Source: Eubacteriales bacterium (lineage in GTDB: Bacteria > Bacillota > Clostridia > Oscillospirales > CAG-272). Taken from it: DNA of 64,000 nucleotides. Positions within the stretch are counted from its first letter, which is position 1, and every line of letters begins with the position of its first letter. The position numbers were made by a program, and so were the translations under genes. The stretch is taken from positions 1,682-65,681 of the forward strand of contig JAZNXN010000033.1 in NCBI GenBank assembly GCA_045593885.1, in the 5' to 3' direction. The notes beneath the pieces are model-generated. The model had not been told where the DNA came from. It did no database searches and saw only the letters and a list, made by a program, of their open reading frames with translations. Positions 10,355 through 19,725 of the stretch are shown here, piece by piece.

Positions 10355-10480
10355 ATGAAGGAAAACAGAAATCCGTACGCAACAAACGGCTCAACGGTCA
10401 GAGTCAATACTGCCGACACAAAGGAGCCGTGCAGTACCAAAATCTCGGGCAACGACCTGAGAATTAAGAAAGGAAGCTGA
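10355..10480 (+). CDS. 41-aa hypothetical protein, first gene of the cassette (MKENRNPYATNG...GNDLRIKKGS)
   Basis: Strong RBS GGGAGG at 10342-10347 before ATG 10355; stop lies 2 nt before the next ATG. ORF track over-extends it to 10133. Confidence 0.7.
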   Translation: MKENRNPYATNGSTVRVNTADTKEPCSTKISGNDLRIKKGS

Positions 10481-10482
10481 AA

Positions 10483-10959
10483 ATGGAAGAAGCAATAAAC
10501 GAAGCAGTATCGGAAAACACTCTCTCACCCGAGCTCGCGGCAGATAATTCAGAGGCTGTCGAGCTTGCAGAGGTATCACCTGAGATAAAAGACGCGGAAA
10601 ACGGCGACGGTGAGGAGATTTTTATACACGATGCCGAGAGCGACCTCTCGGAAATCAGGGAGATGTTTCCTCAGCTCGCAGACGTAAACGAGCTATCCGA
10701 GATAGAAAATTCCGAGAGATTCGTTGAGCTGCGCGCAATGGGACTGTCGGTAAGAGAGGCTCTGCTCGCAACAAACGGAACGGCAAAGGCAAGGGGTTCT
10801 GCATACGACAACCGCTCGCATCTGAAATCGTCAGTGCCGAAGGCGGGCGGAAGCAGCGGAATACAGATGAGCCGCGCTGAATTACAGGCGGCGAGAGATT
10901 TGTTCGGCACGCTGACGGAAAAGGAAATCAAGGAGCTCTACAAAAGAGTTCGTAATTAA
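10483..10959 (+). CDS. Putative capsid scaffolding protein
   Basis: Acidic disordered N-terminus, helical core and short helical C-terminal tail; immediately upstream of the capsid gene. Confidence 0.55.
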   Translation: MEEAINEAVSENTLSPELAADNSEAVELAEVSPEIKDAENGDGEEIFIHDAESDLSEIREMFPQLADVNELSEIENSERFVELRAMGLSVREALLATNGTAKARGSAYDNRSHLKSSVPKAGGSSGIQMSRAELQAARDLFGTLTEKEIKELYKRVRN

Positions 10960-10974
10960 GAAAGGAAATAATCA

Positions 10975-12012
10975 ATGTCAATCATTTATTCCAAGTCCTC
11001 AGGACTTAATAACGCACAGATAGGTAAGCTTGAAACACCTATCAAAATGGTAATAGAGCACGAGAGCGACCTCCTCACGAAGAGAGGCGGTATTTGCGAC
11101 TGGCTCTTCAACATCGAAAAGTCAAACAAGTTCGGTGAAACGATAATAGGTCAGAACGAGTTCGACGTATTCTCCGCTACCGCCGAGGGCGCAGGCGCTG
11201 AGAGCGACGACCTTCAGGAAACCTACAGAAAGTTTATCGAGCACATTCAGTTCATGAAGGAATTCACCATCACCGCTGAGATGATGGAGGATGCGGCGTA
11301 CGGAGTTGCCGCAGATGCAAAGCGCCGCGCAGAAAACTTCACCCGCGCATACTACAAGACCATGCACAAGATATGCGAGTATGCTCTCGCAAACGGAACC
11401 TCTACCACCGGTACGTTTGCAAAGGCGGAGCTTGACCTGACCGCTCCCGACGGTATGCCCCTCTTTTCAAATGCTCATAAGTGGGGCTCTGAGAGCAAGG
11501 CGAACGGCACTCAGTCCAACTACTTTTACGGAGATATTTTCTCCTCTACCGAAACCTTCGAAAACGCACTCGGTGAGCTTGCGTTCAAGATAAGAAATAT
11601 GAAGGACGAGAACGGCGATATTCTCGGCTACACCGCAGACACCATCATTCTCCCCGGCAACAGACCTGCCGCTGAGGTTATAGCAAAGAAGGTGTGCGGC
11701 TCGGAGGGCGCTCTCGGCAACGGCTACAACGACGTTAACCTTCAGTTCGGCAACTGGAACATCATCGTTATGCCCAACTGGCAGACCGAGGACAACCGCT
11801 GCATGATAATGTCGAGCGAGGCAAACAAGAATCTTTGCGGAAATATGTTCTTCAACCGCATACCCCTCACGGTTTCCAACTGGGTTGATAACCATACGGG
11901 CAACTACATCTGGAACGGCAGATGCCGCTTCGGCGTAGGCTTTGGAACCTACAAGCACATTCTTCTTGCTGTAGATTCGAGCGAGGCTGTAGAGGGCGCA
12001 GACGCTCTCTGA
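10975..12012 (+). CDS. Major capsid protein (HK97-fold, Mu gpT-like family)
   Basis: 345 aa; APDGMPLFSNAH motif, MKDENG.IL...ADTIILP, C-terminal GRCRFGVGF; strong RBS; codons look like those of highly expressed genes. Confidence 0.8.
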   Translation: MSIIYSKSSGLNNAQIGKLETPIKMVIEHESDLLTKRGGICDWLFNIEKSNKFGETIIGQNEFDVFSATAEGAGAESDDLQETYRKFIEHIQFMKEFTITAEMMEDAAYGVAADAKRRAENFTRAYYKTMHKICEYALANGTSTTGTFAKAELDLTAPDGMPLFSNAHKWGSESKANGTQSNYFYGDIFSSTETFENALGELAFKIRNMKDENGDILGYTADTIILPGNRPAAEVIAKKVCGSEGALGNGYNDVNLQFGNWNIIVMPNWQTEDNRCMIMSSEANKNLCGNMFFNRIPLTVSNWVDNHTGNYIWNGRCRFGVGFGTYKHILLAVDSSEAVEGADAL

Positions 12013-12023
12013 TAATCTAAAAA

Positions 12024-12069
12024 CGGCGATGCCGCAGCCGTCGCCGTAAGGGTGACGGCTGTGCCGCCG
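12024..12069 (+). promoter_or_regulatory. GC-rich hairpin after the capsid gene with no U-tract (likely mRNA stabiliser or attenuator)
   Basis: CGCAGCCGTCGCC-gtaag-GGTGACGGCTGTG, ending just before the RBS of the next gene. Confidence 0.6.
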
Positions 12070-12082
12070 AGAAAGGATAATT

Positions 12083-12625
12083 ATGACAGGCAAAGAACTT
12101 ATAGAACAGATAAAGGCACTCGGCTTTGACGGCGATGCTGACCCGACGGACAGACTGTACTCGGTGATAACGCTTTCTATGCGGCTGCTTGCCGCACAGT
12201 ACCCGAAAACCTCATCAAAGGAAATAGTTAAAAGCAAAGGCTCTGCCCTGCTGATAACGCCTGCCGATATAGAGGGCTGCAAGGAGCTTGCCCCCTATCC
12301 TATATTCAAGGATTTTCTGCCCTACAGCTCTGCCATAATACTCGACGGAGCGGCAATTATTCCAAGGGATGCGGATGGGGTATTCACCGTAAGATACATA
12401 GAGGACGTGCCCGCGTTTTCAGATGAGCTGTACGACGAGGAGCTTTGTCTCTCCCCGTGCGCTCAGCACCTCTTGCCTCTGCTCACAGCAGGCTATTTCT
12501 GGCAGGATGACGAGCCCGAAAAGGCAGACGTGTATATGCGGCAGTACGCAGAGGGGGCGCGGCTTTTACGCTCGCAGAGAGTGAAAAGCAACACTATCCC
12601 CTATCAATGCGAAGGCAACTGGTGA
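12083..12625 (+). CDS. Putative head-tail adaptor protein
   Basis: 180 aa directly after capsid; helical N-terminus, beta core ending VRY, then LLPLLTAGYFWQDDE...Y..Y helix as in podovirus adaptors. Confidence 0.55.
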   Translation: MTGKELIEQIKALGFDGDADPTDRLYSVITLSMRLLAAQYPKTSSKEIVKSKGSALLITPADIEGCKELAPYPIFKDFLPYSSAIILDGAAIIPRDADGVFTVRYIEDVPAFSDELYDEELCLSPCAQHLLPLLTAGYFWQDDEPEKADVYMRQYAEGARLLRSQRVKSNTIPYQCEGNW

Positions 12626-12630
12626 ACGGC

Positions 12631-15381
12631 ATGAGCAAAAAAAGAGTATACAGGAAAACCTATTCCTCCTTTTCGGGAATAGACACCTCGGCTCCCCCCT
12701 CTATGATTGAGGACTTCCGCATGGCAAATGCGGAGAATATGTACATAGATTACGAGGCGGGGCACGGGCTCATGCTCGAAACCGTACCGGGATTTCGTGA
12801 AATACACAATTTCAACGATAAGATATACGGAATTTTCCACTACCGCTTTTCCGACACCGAGGATGGCGGTAACGAGTACCTTGTTATTCACGCGGGAAGC
12901 AGTCTTTACCGCTTCCCTGTCGGAGAGCGGGATTTCATTGACACACCCGAACCGATAATGGTCGGACTCGCGAGGAAGCACTCATGCGCCTTTGCGGCGG
13001 GTGACTCGCTATATATTCTTGATTCCGAAGCCTATTACCGCGTTGACAGTGACGGCTACTGCAAAAGGCTGACGGATGAGGATGCCTACATCCCAACCAC
13101 AATGTATCGCGGTGAGGAGTGCGAGGGAAAAAATATTCTTACCGATAAATTCAGAAACGCATTTGTCCTGACAGATGCAACCGAGATGCTCGGAGATGAG
13201 AGCGAGTTTACCTTCGAGGTGATAAGCGAGGAGCTTTTAACCTGCCGCGTGACAGGAATGCTGGACAAGAGGCAGCACGTTGCCATTGTACCGTCAACGG
13301 CAACCATTAACGGAAAGAAGTATGCCGTTACGAGAATCGGTCCCAATGCATTTGCAAGCACCGATATTTCGCTGGTTTCTCTCCCCTCAACTCTCTACGA
13401 AATAGAGGGGCATGCGTTTTTTGGATGCAAAAAGCTTACCTGCGTTTCTCTTCCCGATAACATATGGTCGATAGACACGTATGCGTTCAGCGAATGCTCC
13501 TCTCTTTCCGAGGTGTATTTGGGCTCCGGGGTGTCGAAGATTTTCTTGGGAGCATTCTATGGAATAGCAAGCGATGCTACTCTATACTATAACGGCGATG
13601 AAGAAAAATTCAAAGGCATCAGTATAGACAATACACAAAATTATTTTAACTATACCCCCGTATATTCAACAAAGCAGCCGCAATACCGCTTCTTTTACCA
13701 CACCGTTTCAAGGGGATGTGTCAGCATAAGCTCGGTTAATATCGACGGAAACAGCGTAGCCGCCAACGATATGCGACCGAGTGTATCGTATGCGATACAG
13801 AAATCCGCAGTTGACGAGGTTGAAGGCATCTATATATGTATTAAGAGCGATGTTATCATAAAAAGCAGGGAGATAGAGGTTTTTGCAAAGTTCAATCCGC
13901 TTTTGGACAGCATTGCTGACCGCAAGAGCTTTTTCTCTGCACATCCCGAGTATACAAACGGCTTCTTCGACGCTATTGCAAAATGCACAGCGGCTGAAAT
14001 ACACGGAGAGAGCGTTTTTCTTACCGGAAATCCTCTGTTGCCAAATACCGTCTTCTATTCATCCAAGGATCTTGGCGGCTGCATGAATCCGTTGTATTTC
14101 GGCGCTCACAGCTTCATTGAGGATGGCATTGGAAACACTCAGAACGTGGCAATGATCAGCGCCGACGAAACCCTGGTCGTTATAAAATCCGAGGCAAATC
14201 ACGGCTCCTCGGTATATTATCACACCAAAAAGAGTGAGGGCGAGGACGGCGAGGATGTCTATTCAAGAGGTCAGAGCTCCGCCTCAATAGGCAGGGTGCT
14301 GGCGGCGGCAAATTTCCTTGACGACCCTGTTGTTTTCAGCGATACAGGTCTTTTTGGAATAGACATAGATAACGTAAATCTCGAAAGAAGCATTAACCGA
14401 CGCTCATCAAACATTGATTCGGTTATGTTAAAGGACACACTCTCAAGCGCAAGGCTCGCCGAATGGCTCGGATATCTGTGCGTGCTCATCGACGGAGAAA
14501 TATATCTTGCCGACAGCAGAGGCAGATTTACTCACCGTTCGGGAAGCAAGGAATACGAATGGTTCAGGCTGACGGAAATAGGCGTTTTCGAAGGTCAGCA
14601 CACCGTGTATTTCACGCTTACAGAGCCAAAATCCGAGCACACGCATATCACGTGGAACGGGATTGACTGTCCCATAGTGTACGACGGTGAGGAGCGAGAG
14701 GTCGGCTCTGACGGAGAGCTTATATCGACCTATCCTCTACCTGCGGACGAAAATCCCACGGCCTATCCGTTTTTGCTCACAACCGGTGAAAGCGGAGAGC
14801 CGTTGGCGGTGGCGTGTGACACCCGAGGCGAGTTATCGGGCGGTGAATTTTCTCCCGCTTGCGAGCTGTGCGCGGTTGGTGAGCTTCTGTTTTTCGGATG
14901 TGAAAACGGAAGTATCTGCTGCTTCAATAACGACAAAAGGGATAAAACAACCGACGATATTTCCGTTTTTGGCAGAATACCGCGAAAATACTACACGCAC
15001 AACGGACGAAGATACCGAAGCGGATTTTCTACCGCATCGGATAGCTGTAAGGAGCTGGGCTCGGCAAAGAGCACCGTTCCGAAAAGCACCGTAATAAGAC
15101 TGAGAGCCCATTCGGGCAGCCGTTTGCACGTAGCGATACTCACGGACAGAAACGGACGGCAAAGGACCGAGGAGATAAACGCAGGAGCGTTTGACTTCTC
15201 TGACACCGATTTCTCGGCATTATCGTTTGCTACTCACGAAAACGTGTCGATTGTCATTCCCGAAAAGGAGAAAAGATGGTCGGAAAAGCAATACGAAATA
15301 TATACAAACGATTTTATGCGGCCGTTTGGAGTTTACGATTTATCGTATGACTACACAGTCGCGGGAAGGATTAAAAAATGA
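12631..15381 (+). CDS. Tail nozzle/DNA-stabilisation-like protein (P22 gp10/T7 gp12-like) with inserted BspA-type LRR domain
   Basis: FSGID...AENM....L.TVPG N-terminus, propeller-like repeats (VFLTGNP..PNTVFYS), C-terminal PFGVYDLSYDY; IG.NAF/IE..AF.GC..L..V.LP repeats at ~13280-13560. Alternative start at 12607. Confidence 0.6.
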   Translation: MSKKRVYRKTYSSFSGIDTSAPPSMIEDFRMANAENMYIDYEAGHGLMLETVPGFREIHNFNDKIYGIFHYRFSDTEDGGNEYLVIHAGSSLYRFPVGERDFIDTPEPIMVGLARKHSCAFAAGDSLYILDSEAYYRVDSDGYCKRLTDEDAYIPTTMYRGEECEGKNILTDKFRNAFVLTDATEMLGDESEFTFEVISEELLTCRVTGMLDKRQHVAIVPSTATINGKKYAVTRIGPNAFASTDISLVSLPSTLYEIEGHAFFGCKKLTCVSLPDNIWSIDTYAFSECSSLSEVYLGSGVSKIFLGAFYGIASDATLYYNGDEEKFKGISIDNTQNYFNYTPVYSTKQPQYRFFYHTVSRGCVSISSVNIDGNSVAANDMRPSVSYAIQKSAVDEVEGIYICIKSDVIIKSREIEVFAKFNPLLDSIADRKSFFSAHPEYTNGFFDAIAKCTAAEIHGESVFLTGNPLLPNTVFYSSKDLGGCMNPLYFGAHSFIEDGIGNTQNVAMISADETLVVIKSEANHGSSVYYHTKKSEGEDGEDVYSRGQSSASIGRVLAAANFLDDPVVFSDTGLFGIDIDNVNLERSINRRSSNIDSVMLKDTLSSARLAEWLGYLCVLIDGEIYLADSRGRFTHRSGSKEYEWFRLTEIGVFEGQHTVYFTLTEPKSEHTHITWNGIDCPIVYDGEEREVGSDGELISTYPLPADENPTAYPFLLTTGESGEPLAVACDTRGELSGGEFSPACELCAVGELLFFGCENGSICCFNNDKRDKTTDDISVFGRIPRKYYTHNGRRYRSGFSTASDSCKELGSAKSTVPKSTVIRLRAHSGSRLHVAILTDRNGRQRTEEINAGAFDFSDTDFSALSFATHENVSIVIPEKEKRWSEKQYEIYTNDFMRPFGVYDLSYDYTVAGRIKK

Positions 15382-16250
15382 GCATAGAAAAAATAAGCGA
15401 AGCGGAGTTTAAGCGCGCAAGCGTGTCCTCACTGCCGACAAGGCCTAATTCGGGCTCGCTGTACGGCGGAGCCTCACTTTCGCCCACAGAGCTGAAGAAT
15501 GCGTTCGATAAAGCTCCTGCGCTGATTATGGCCAAGCTTAACGAGCTGATAGACTCAATAACCTCAGTCGCGGACAGCGACGGACATATTTCCGGGCAGC
15601 TGCTGACAGGGCTTGCGGACGGACACACACTCAAAAATCTCTTTGAGGATATCGTGAGTGGCGAGCTGTCGAAATATCTGTATGTCGAAAATGACACCTT
15701 ATATGGCAAGATTCACGCCGTCGAGGACAGGCAGGGCTCTGCCATATCGAGCATAACCTACGATGTTGCGAATAATCGCATTGCGTACAAGAGCCTTGAC
15801 GGTGTGGAATACTCGTTTTCTCTCGGAAAGGGCGGAATCAACGATTACGTTGAGGAGAAAAAGCTTGAAATTGACAGCTTCATCGACGAAAACCTGAACG
15901 GCTTTCGGTACGTTGATTTTGAGGGGGCTGATGCAACCTTCTGCATAGAAGCAGACACGGAGTGCGCGCTCACAAACTTTTCCTCGCTCGACATAGCAAC
16001 GCCCCCCTCCGTAGAGCCGGGCTTTTGCTCAATCGTTCATCTGACGGTTTCCGATTCCTCCAATATATATATTCCTGCTTGGGCAAACACGTACACTCAA
16101 AGCCAAGGAGTAACCGAAAAGGAAATCGTCTATCTTGGAGATGATGTTTCTTCAGGAGCGGTATCTTTGTGTGACGGATACAGATACACCCTCTTTTTCA
16201 TTCACGACGGAGAGGCGCTCACCTGTACGGTCAACAGAAGGGTGGCATAA
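15378..16250 (+). CDS. Putative tail fibre/spike protein
   Basis: N-terminal VSSLPTRP...LSPTELKNAFDK..I.AKLNELID anchor-like segment and beta-rich C-terminal domain; ATGA overlap with the upstream gene. Confidence 0.45.
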   Translation: MSIEKISEAEFKRASVSSLPTRPNSGSLYGGASLSPTELKNAFDKAPALIMAKLNELIDSITSVADSDGHISGQLLTGLADGHTLKNLFEDIVSGELSKYLYVENDTLYGKIHAVEDRQGSAISSITYDVANNRIAYKSLDGVEYSFSLGKGGINDYVEEKKLEIDSFIDENLNGFRYVDFEGADATFCIEADTECALTNFSSLDIATPPSVEPGFCSIVHLTVSDSSNIYIPAWANTYTQSQGVTEKEIVYLGDDVSSGAVSLCDGYRYTLFFIHDGEALTCTVNRRVA

Positions 16251-17228
16251 ATGCTAAGACTCAAAAACCGAAAGCTATACAGAAAAAAGCCGAAGGATAG
16301 GGTGGAAATAGGGTATGAAAAAAGCGAAAGCGGCTTTCATGCCGATTGCAAAAACGCAACCGACTGCGCGGTAAAATCTCTGGAAATTACAGGAGCTCGC
16401 TACAATTTCATAGCATCGCATCCCATAACCGACGCAAACCACGCCCATTACGGAGAATACGAAACAACCGTTGCAATCGCAGGAAAAAACTGCATAAAGC
16501 AGATTGGCGAGAAAACCCTCGAAATACCTGACCAAAGCGCAAAAAATCACGGCATTATAGGCTTTGACAAATGGCGTTCTATTTTCTATAACAGATACTA
16601 TTTTATATCCTTTGATTACGAAATAGAACCCTTCGATGACGGAACGGTTCCGCCCGTATACATGACCTTCGCCTACGGAAAATTATCGTCACCCCTTGAT
16701 TATGTCATACAGTATAACGGAACACCATCTCACATAAATCCAAACGGCGAAGCCTCGTCAAGCTTCTCGGTTATTCTGATAAGAGTTTCATACACCGAGT
16801 ACACTACAGGTGCACCTCTGCTCAAATTCTATTTCAACGCTCCGTCGGAGCAGGCAATGACGGGCAACGGAAAAATAACCGTCAAAAACGTCGTTTGGAG
16901 CGAGGTTCAGGACTGGGGAAAAACCGAAAGCGCAGACGATTTCGTTGAGGAAAGGATAGTTCAGAATTTCTACACCGAGCAGCCGATAGCCTCTTGCGCT
17001 ACGGCATCGGACGAGGTGTCAATCGAAGCCTCGACGGGCAAAGTCAAGATAATCAAGAAAACGGCGTATAAAGACAAAACCGTCTATGAAATAGACACCC
17101 CCTATGAGATAACTATACCGACGGACACGCCGATAATGCTAAGGGCAGGCGAGCCGAACAGAGTTTATCTGAAATCGCCAAGTCCCCCCTTGAGCATGAC
17201 TGTAAAATACTTTTCAAGCGTGAGGTAG
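16251..17228 (+). CDS. Putative receptor-binding/tail accessory protein
   Basis: Beta-rich, aromatic-rich 325 aa with xGKNx motif; AT-richer central segment; located in the tail module. Confidence 0.4.
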   Translation: MLRLKNRKLYRKKPKDRVEIGYEKSESGFHADCKNATDCAVKSLEITGARYNFIASHPITDANHAHYGEYETTVAIAGKNCIKQIGEKTLEIPDQSAKNHGIIGFDKWRSIFYNRYYFISFDYEIEPFDDGTVPPVYMTFAYGKLSSPLDYVIQYNGTPSHINPNGEASSSFSVILIRVSYTEYTTGAPLLKFYFNAPSEQAMTGNGKITVKNVVWSEVQDWGKTESADDFVEERIVQNFYTEQPIASCATASDEVSIEASTGKVKIIKKTAYKDKTVYEIDTPYEITIPTDTPIMLRAGEPNRVYLKSPSPPLSMTVKYFSSVR

Positions 17229-17233
17229 CAAAT

Positions 17234-17455
17234 ATGAAGTACTACAAGCTTATAAACAAGGGGAGAGTGGTAGGGGCAGACGAAAAAATCTCTCTTTTAT
17301 CAGAGGAGAGGGCACGCGAGCTCGGCTACTATCCCCTCAAGCACGGTGTTCTGCCGAGCGAGGCAACCGACAGCTGCTGCACTATAATCACCTACACTCA
17401 GGAGAGTGACTGTATAAGAGTGAATTTCAATATGCAAGGAGATAAGATACAGTGA
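17234..17455 (+). CDS. 73-aa hypothetical (tail-fibre-associated)
   Basis: RBS GAGG; ELGYYPL motif; overlaps the next gene. Confidence 0.5.
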   Translation: MKYYKLINKGRVVGADEKISLLSEERARELGYYPLKHGVLPSEATDSCCTIITYTQESDCIRVNFNMQGDKIQ

Positions 17456-17853
17456 AATACTTACTTTTTCCGGATATGAGCGGATACGCGGTTGATAAAA
17501 CCGAAAAAATCAAGGGCGGCCTAATCAGCGTCAGCTTTGACGGAGTCAGCCGCGGAACTCTGTTCATATCCGATGCGGCCATACCCATAACTGACGGGTA
17601 TGCGGCTGTAACGGCACGCGACGTGTCCGAGGGCAGAAACCCCGTCAGCGTTTTCAAGGAGCACAGCAGAGAGAGCTTTGACTGCGGCTATATCGTGAGA
17701 AGCGGCAATACCCTCTCTGCCGAGCCTGAGGATACGCAGCGGGATTTCATATACCTCAAGCGTGAGCTGTACGCGGAGAGAAACGCGCGCCGCTCGCTCG
17801 AAAAGAGGATTGCCGGCCTCGAGGAAAAGATAAACGGCTACAAAATTTTTTAG
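17452..17853 (+). CDS. Hypothetical protein with C-terminal coiled coil
   Basis: RBS AAGGAG, GTGA overlap; RRSLEKRIAGLEEKI heptads. Confidence 0.6.
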   Translation: MKYLLFPDMSGYAVDKTEKIKGGLISVSFDGVSRGTLFISDAAIPITDGYAAVTARDVSEGRNPVSVFKEHSRESFDCGYIVRSGNTLSAEPEDTQRDFIYLKRELYAERNARRSLEKRIAGLEEKINGYKIF

Positions 17854-17863
17854 GAGATGTATT

Positions 17864-18472
17864 ATGAAGAAAATACTTATATCATTAATTATTGCGCTGA
17901 CGCTCCTTTTCTCTCTCGGAGTATCCGTATATGCAGAGGAGATAGACAACGCAGTCGCTGAAGCCGAAAGCACCGAGGCTGCACCGACAGAAGAGGACAC
18001 GGTGAGTGGACAGCTCTCCTCGCTCCTTTCGGATAACATAACCGAGATATTCAGCGTACTCACGCTGGTGAGCTCTCTCTTCGTCGCATTCCTTTACAAG
18101 AAGGGGCTCTTGCCCTCGGTGAGCAAATCGCTCGGACTGATAAACGAGAGCACGGGCGCCGTTCTGAAAAGAGTATGCGAATACTCGGAGAGCACGGATA
18201 CCGCGATAAGCGAGCTTGCAAGGAGTGCAGCCCCCGTGCTTGAAGCAATATCAAGCTTTACCGAAATGGCAGAAAGGATTTTTGCCGACAGTGAAAGGCT
18301 CGCAGAAGATCTGTCCCAGGTCGGCTCGGACACCGAGAGGCTTCAGAAAATAATCTCGATGCAAAACGAAATGCTCTACACCGTCTTTATGTCGGCAAGC
18401 ATTCCTCAGTATCAGAAGGACGCACTTGGCGAGGTCTACTCGAAGATAAAGACTCTTACAAAGGAGGGCTGA
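17864..18472 (+). CDS. Membrane protein with signal peptide, TM helix and cytoplasmic coiled coil
   Basis: MKKILISLIIALTLLFSLGVSVYA signal; IFSVLTLVSSLFVAFLY TM helix; RBS AGGAG. Confidence 0.7.
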   Translation: MKKILISLIIALTLLFSLGVSVYAEEIDNAVAEAESTEAAPTEEDTVSGQLSSLLSDNITEIFSVLTLVSSLFVAFLYKKGLLPSVSKSLGLINESTGAVLKRVCEYSESTDTAISELARSAAPVLEAISSFTEMAERIFADSERLAEDLSQVGSDTERLQKIISMQNEMLYTVFMSASIPQYQKDALGEVYSKIKTLTKEG

Positions 18473-18476
18473 TACC

Positions 18477-18830
18477 GTGAGGGGCGGCGTAATAAAAATA
18501 TGCCTGCGGGTGCTGGGGCTATTTCTCTCCACCGTGCCCGCAGCGGTAGCGGTGCTTGAGCATTTTCCGATATGGATAGGGGCGGGAATACGCCCCGCCC
18601 TGTCCGCTATGTCGGTGATTATGCTGGCGCTGGCGGCAGTGCCGCTGAAAAGAGTGATTGCCAGATATCTTGAAAGTCCGTCGGCGTGGATGCTGTGGCT
18701 GGTGATATGGGCAATTACAAGCCTGCTTGCAGGAATAATAGAAAGTATCGCGAGCATAGCACTGGTTGCGTTTGTGGGAAACGCGCTGGGTGCTGTATGC
18801 TTCAGAATAGCAAAGGGAAGGGATAGTTAA
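18477..18830 (+). CDS. Small four-TM membrane protein (holin-like size)
   Basis: 117 aa, almost entirely hydrophobic; RBS GGAGG. Confidence 0.6.
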   Translation: MRGGVIKICLRVLGLFLSTVPAAVAVLEHFPIWIGAGIRPALSAMSVIMLALAAVPLKRVIARYLESPSAWMLWLVIWAITSLLAGIIESIASIALVAFVGNALGAVCFRIAKGRDS

Positions 18831-18831
18831 G

Positions 18832-19725
18832 ATGGAAAAAGGCTTTGACGCATGGCAAGCGGCGAACAGGCTCGGCGAGAGCACGGCGGAAAGGGCGAGG
18901 CGCGGATTCGGTGAATACGTGAACGAGATATGCCTTGCGGTTTGTATACTGTTCACGGTAGCAATACCGCTCGTTACCGTACAGTTCGTAAATCCCCTCT
19001 CCACAGAATTTCTGGCAAACACCGTGTATATGGCAATATCCACCTACACCTGCTACCTCGTATTCATTCCAAGCGGAAAGCGCGACGAGCTGGCAGCGAG
19101 CAAATACACGGGCAAGGAGGTCTGGGAGAGACTGTGTGATAAAATACGCGACGGCGCTATGATTTCAAAATTCTGTGCCTATTGCGAGAGCGAGTCAGAG
19201 AGGGAGAGACGTGAGAGGGTACGCCGCCTTGCTGCTGAGGCGTACATAGAAAGTGACAGATATTTCTCATTCTTCGCCCCTATGAAAAAAGGAGAGCTAC
19301 GCACCGAGCTGCGTGAGGAAAGGATAACTAAGGAGCAGTACAGGCTTCTTTGCCGCGCGCTCGCGCAAAGGCAAAAACCTATATCCCCTGCCCTGATTCT
19401 GTCCTCTGCACGCGAGATAAACATAAATGACGTTGGAAGGAAACGGCTGTCATACGAGCAGACCGCCGCGATACGAAAGCCATTTCTGATACTTCTTACC
19501 TCGATGTCGCTGGCGTGTGCGGTGCTCGTACCGACAAACACCTTTGGCGTTGCCGTGGTGGTCAGCATTATAAGCAGAATTTTCGGAATATGTATGGCAT
19601 CGTTTGCAGGCTACAACGTAGGCGTGCGGCAAATACGGTGGGAAAACAGTCGCATTGACGGAAGAATCCTTTTTCTCAAGAAATTTCTCGAAAGCGTTGA
19701 GAGCCATGAAAAAGTTCAAGAGTGA
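18832..19725 (+). CDS. Four-TM membrane protein with large charged loop
   Basis: Two TM pairs flanking an R/E-rich helical loop; overlaps TerS. Confidence 0.65.
   Translation: MEKGFDAWQAANRLGESTAERARRGFGEYVNEICLAVCILFTVAIPLVTVQFVNPLSTEFLANTVYMAISTYTCYLVFIPSGKRDELAASKYTGKEVWERLCDKIRDGAMISKFCAYCESESERERRERVRRLAAEAYIESDRYFSFFAPMKKGELRTELREERITKEQYRLLCRALAQRQKPISPALILSSAREININDVGRKRLSYEQTAAIRKPFLILLTSMSLACAVLVPTNTFGVAVVVSIISRIFGICMASFAGYNVGVRQIRWENSRIDGRILFLKKFLESVESHEKVQE

Noticed and set aside
10975-12012. Encapsulin nanocompartment
   Set aside because: The capsid is accompanied by portal, terminase and tail-type genes, which encapsulin operons lack; no cargo enzyme is adjacent
15378-17228. 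Diversity-generating retroelement target in the fibre-like genes
   Set aside because: No reverse transcriptase and no template/variable repeat pair seen in the window
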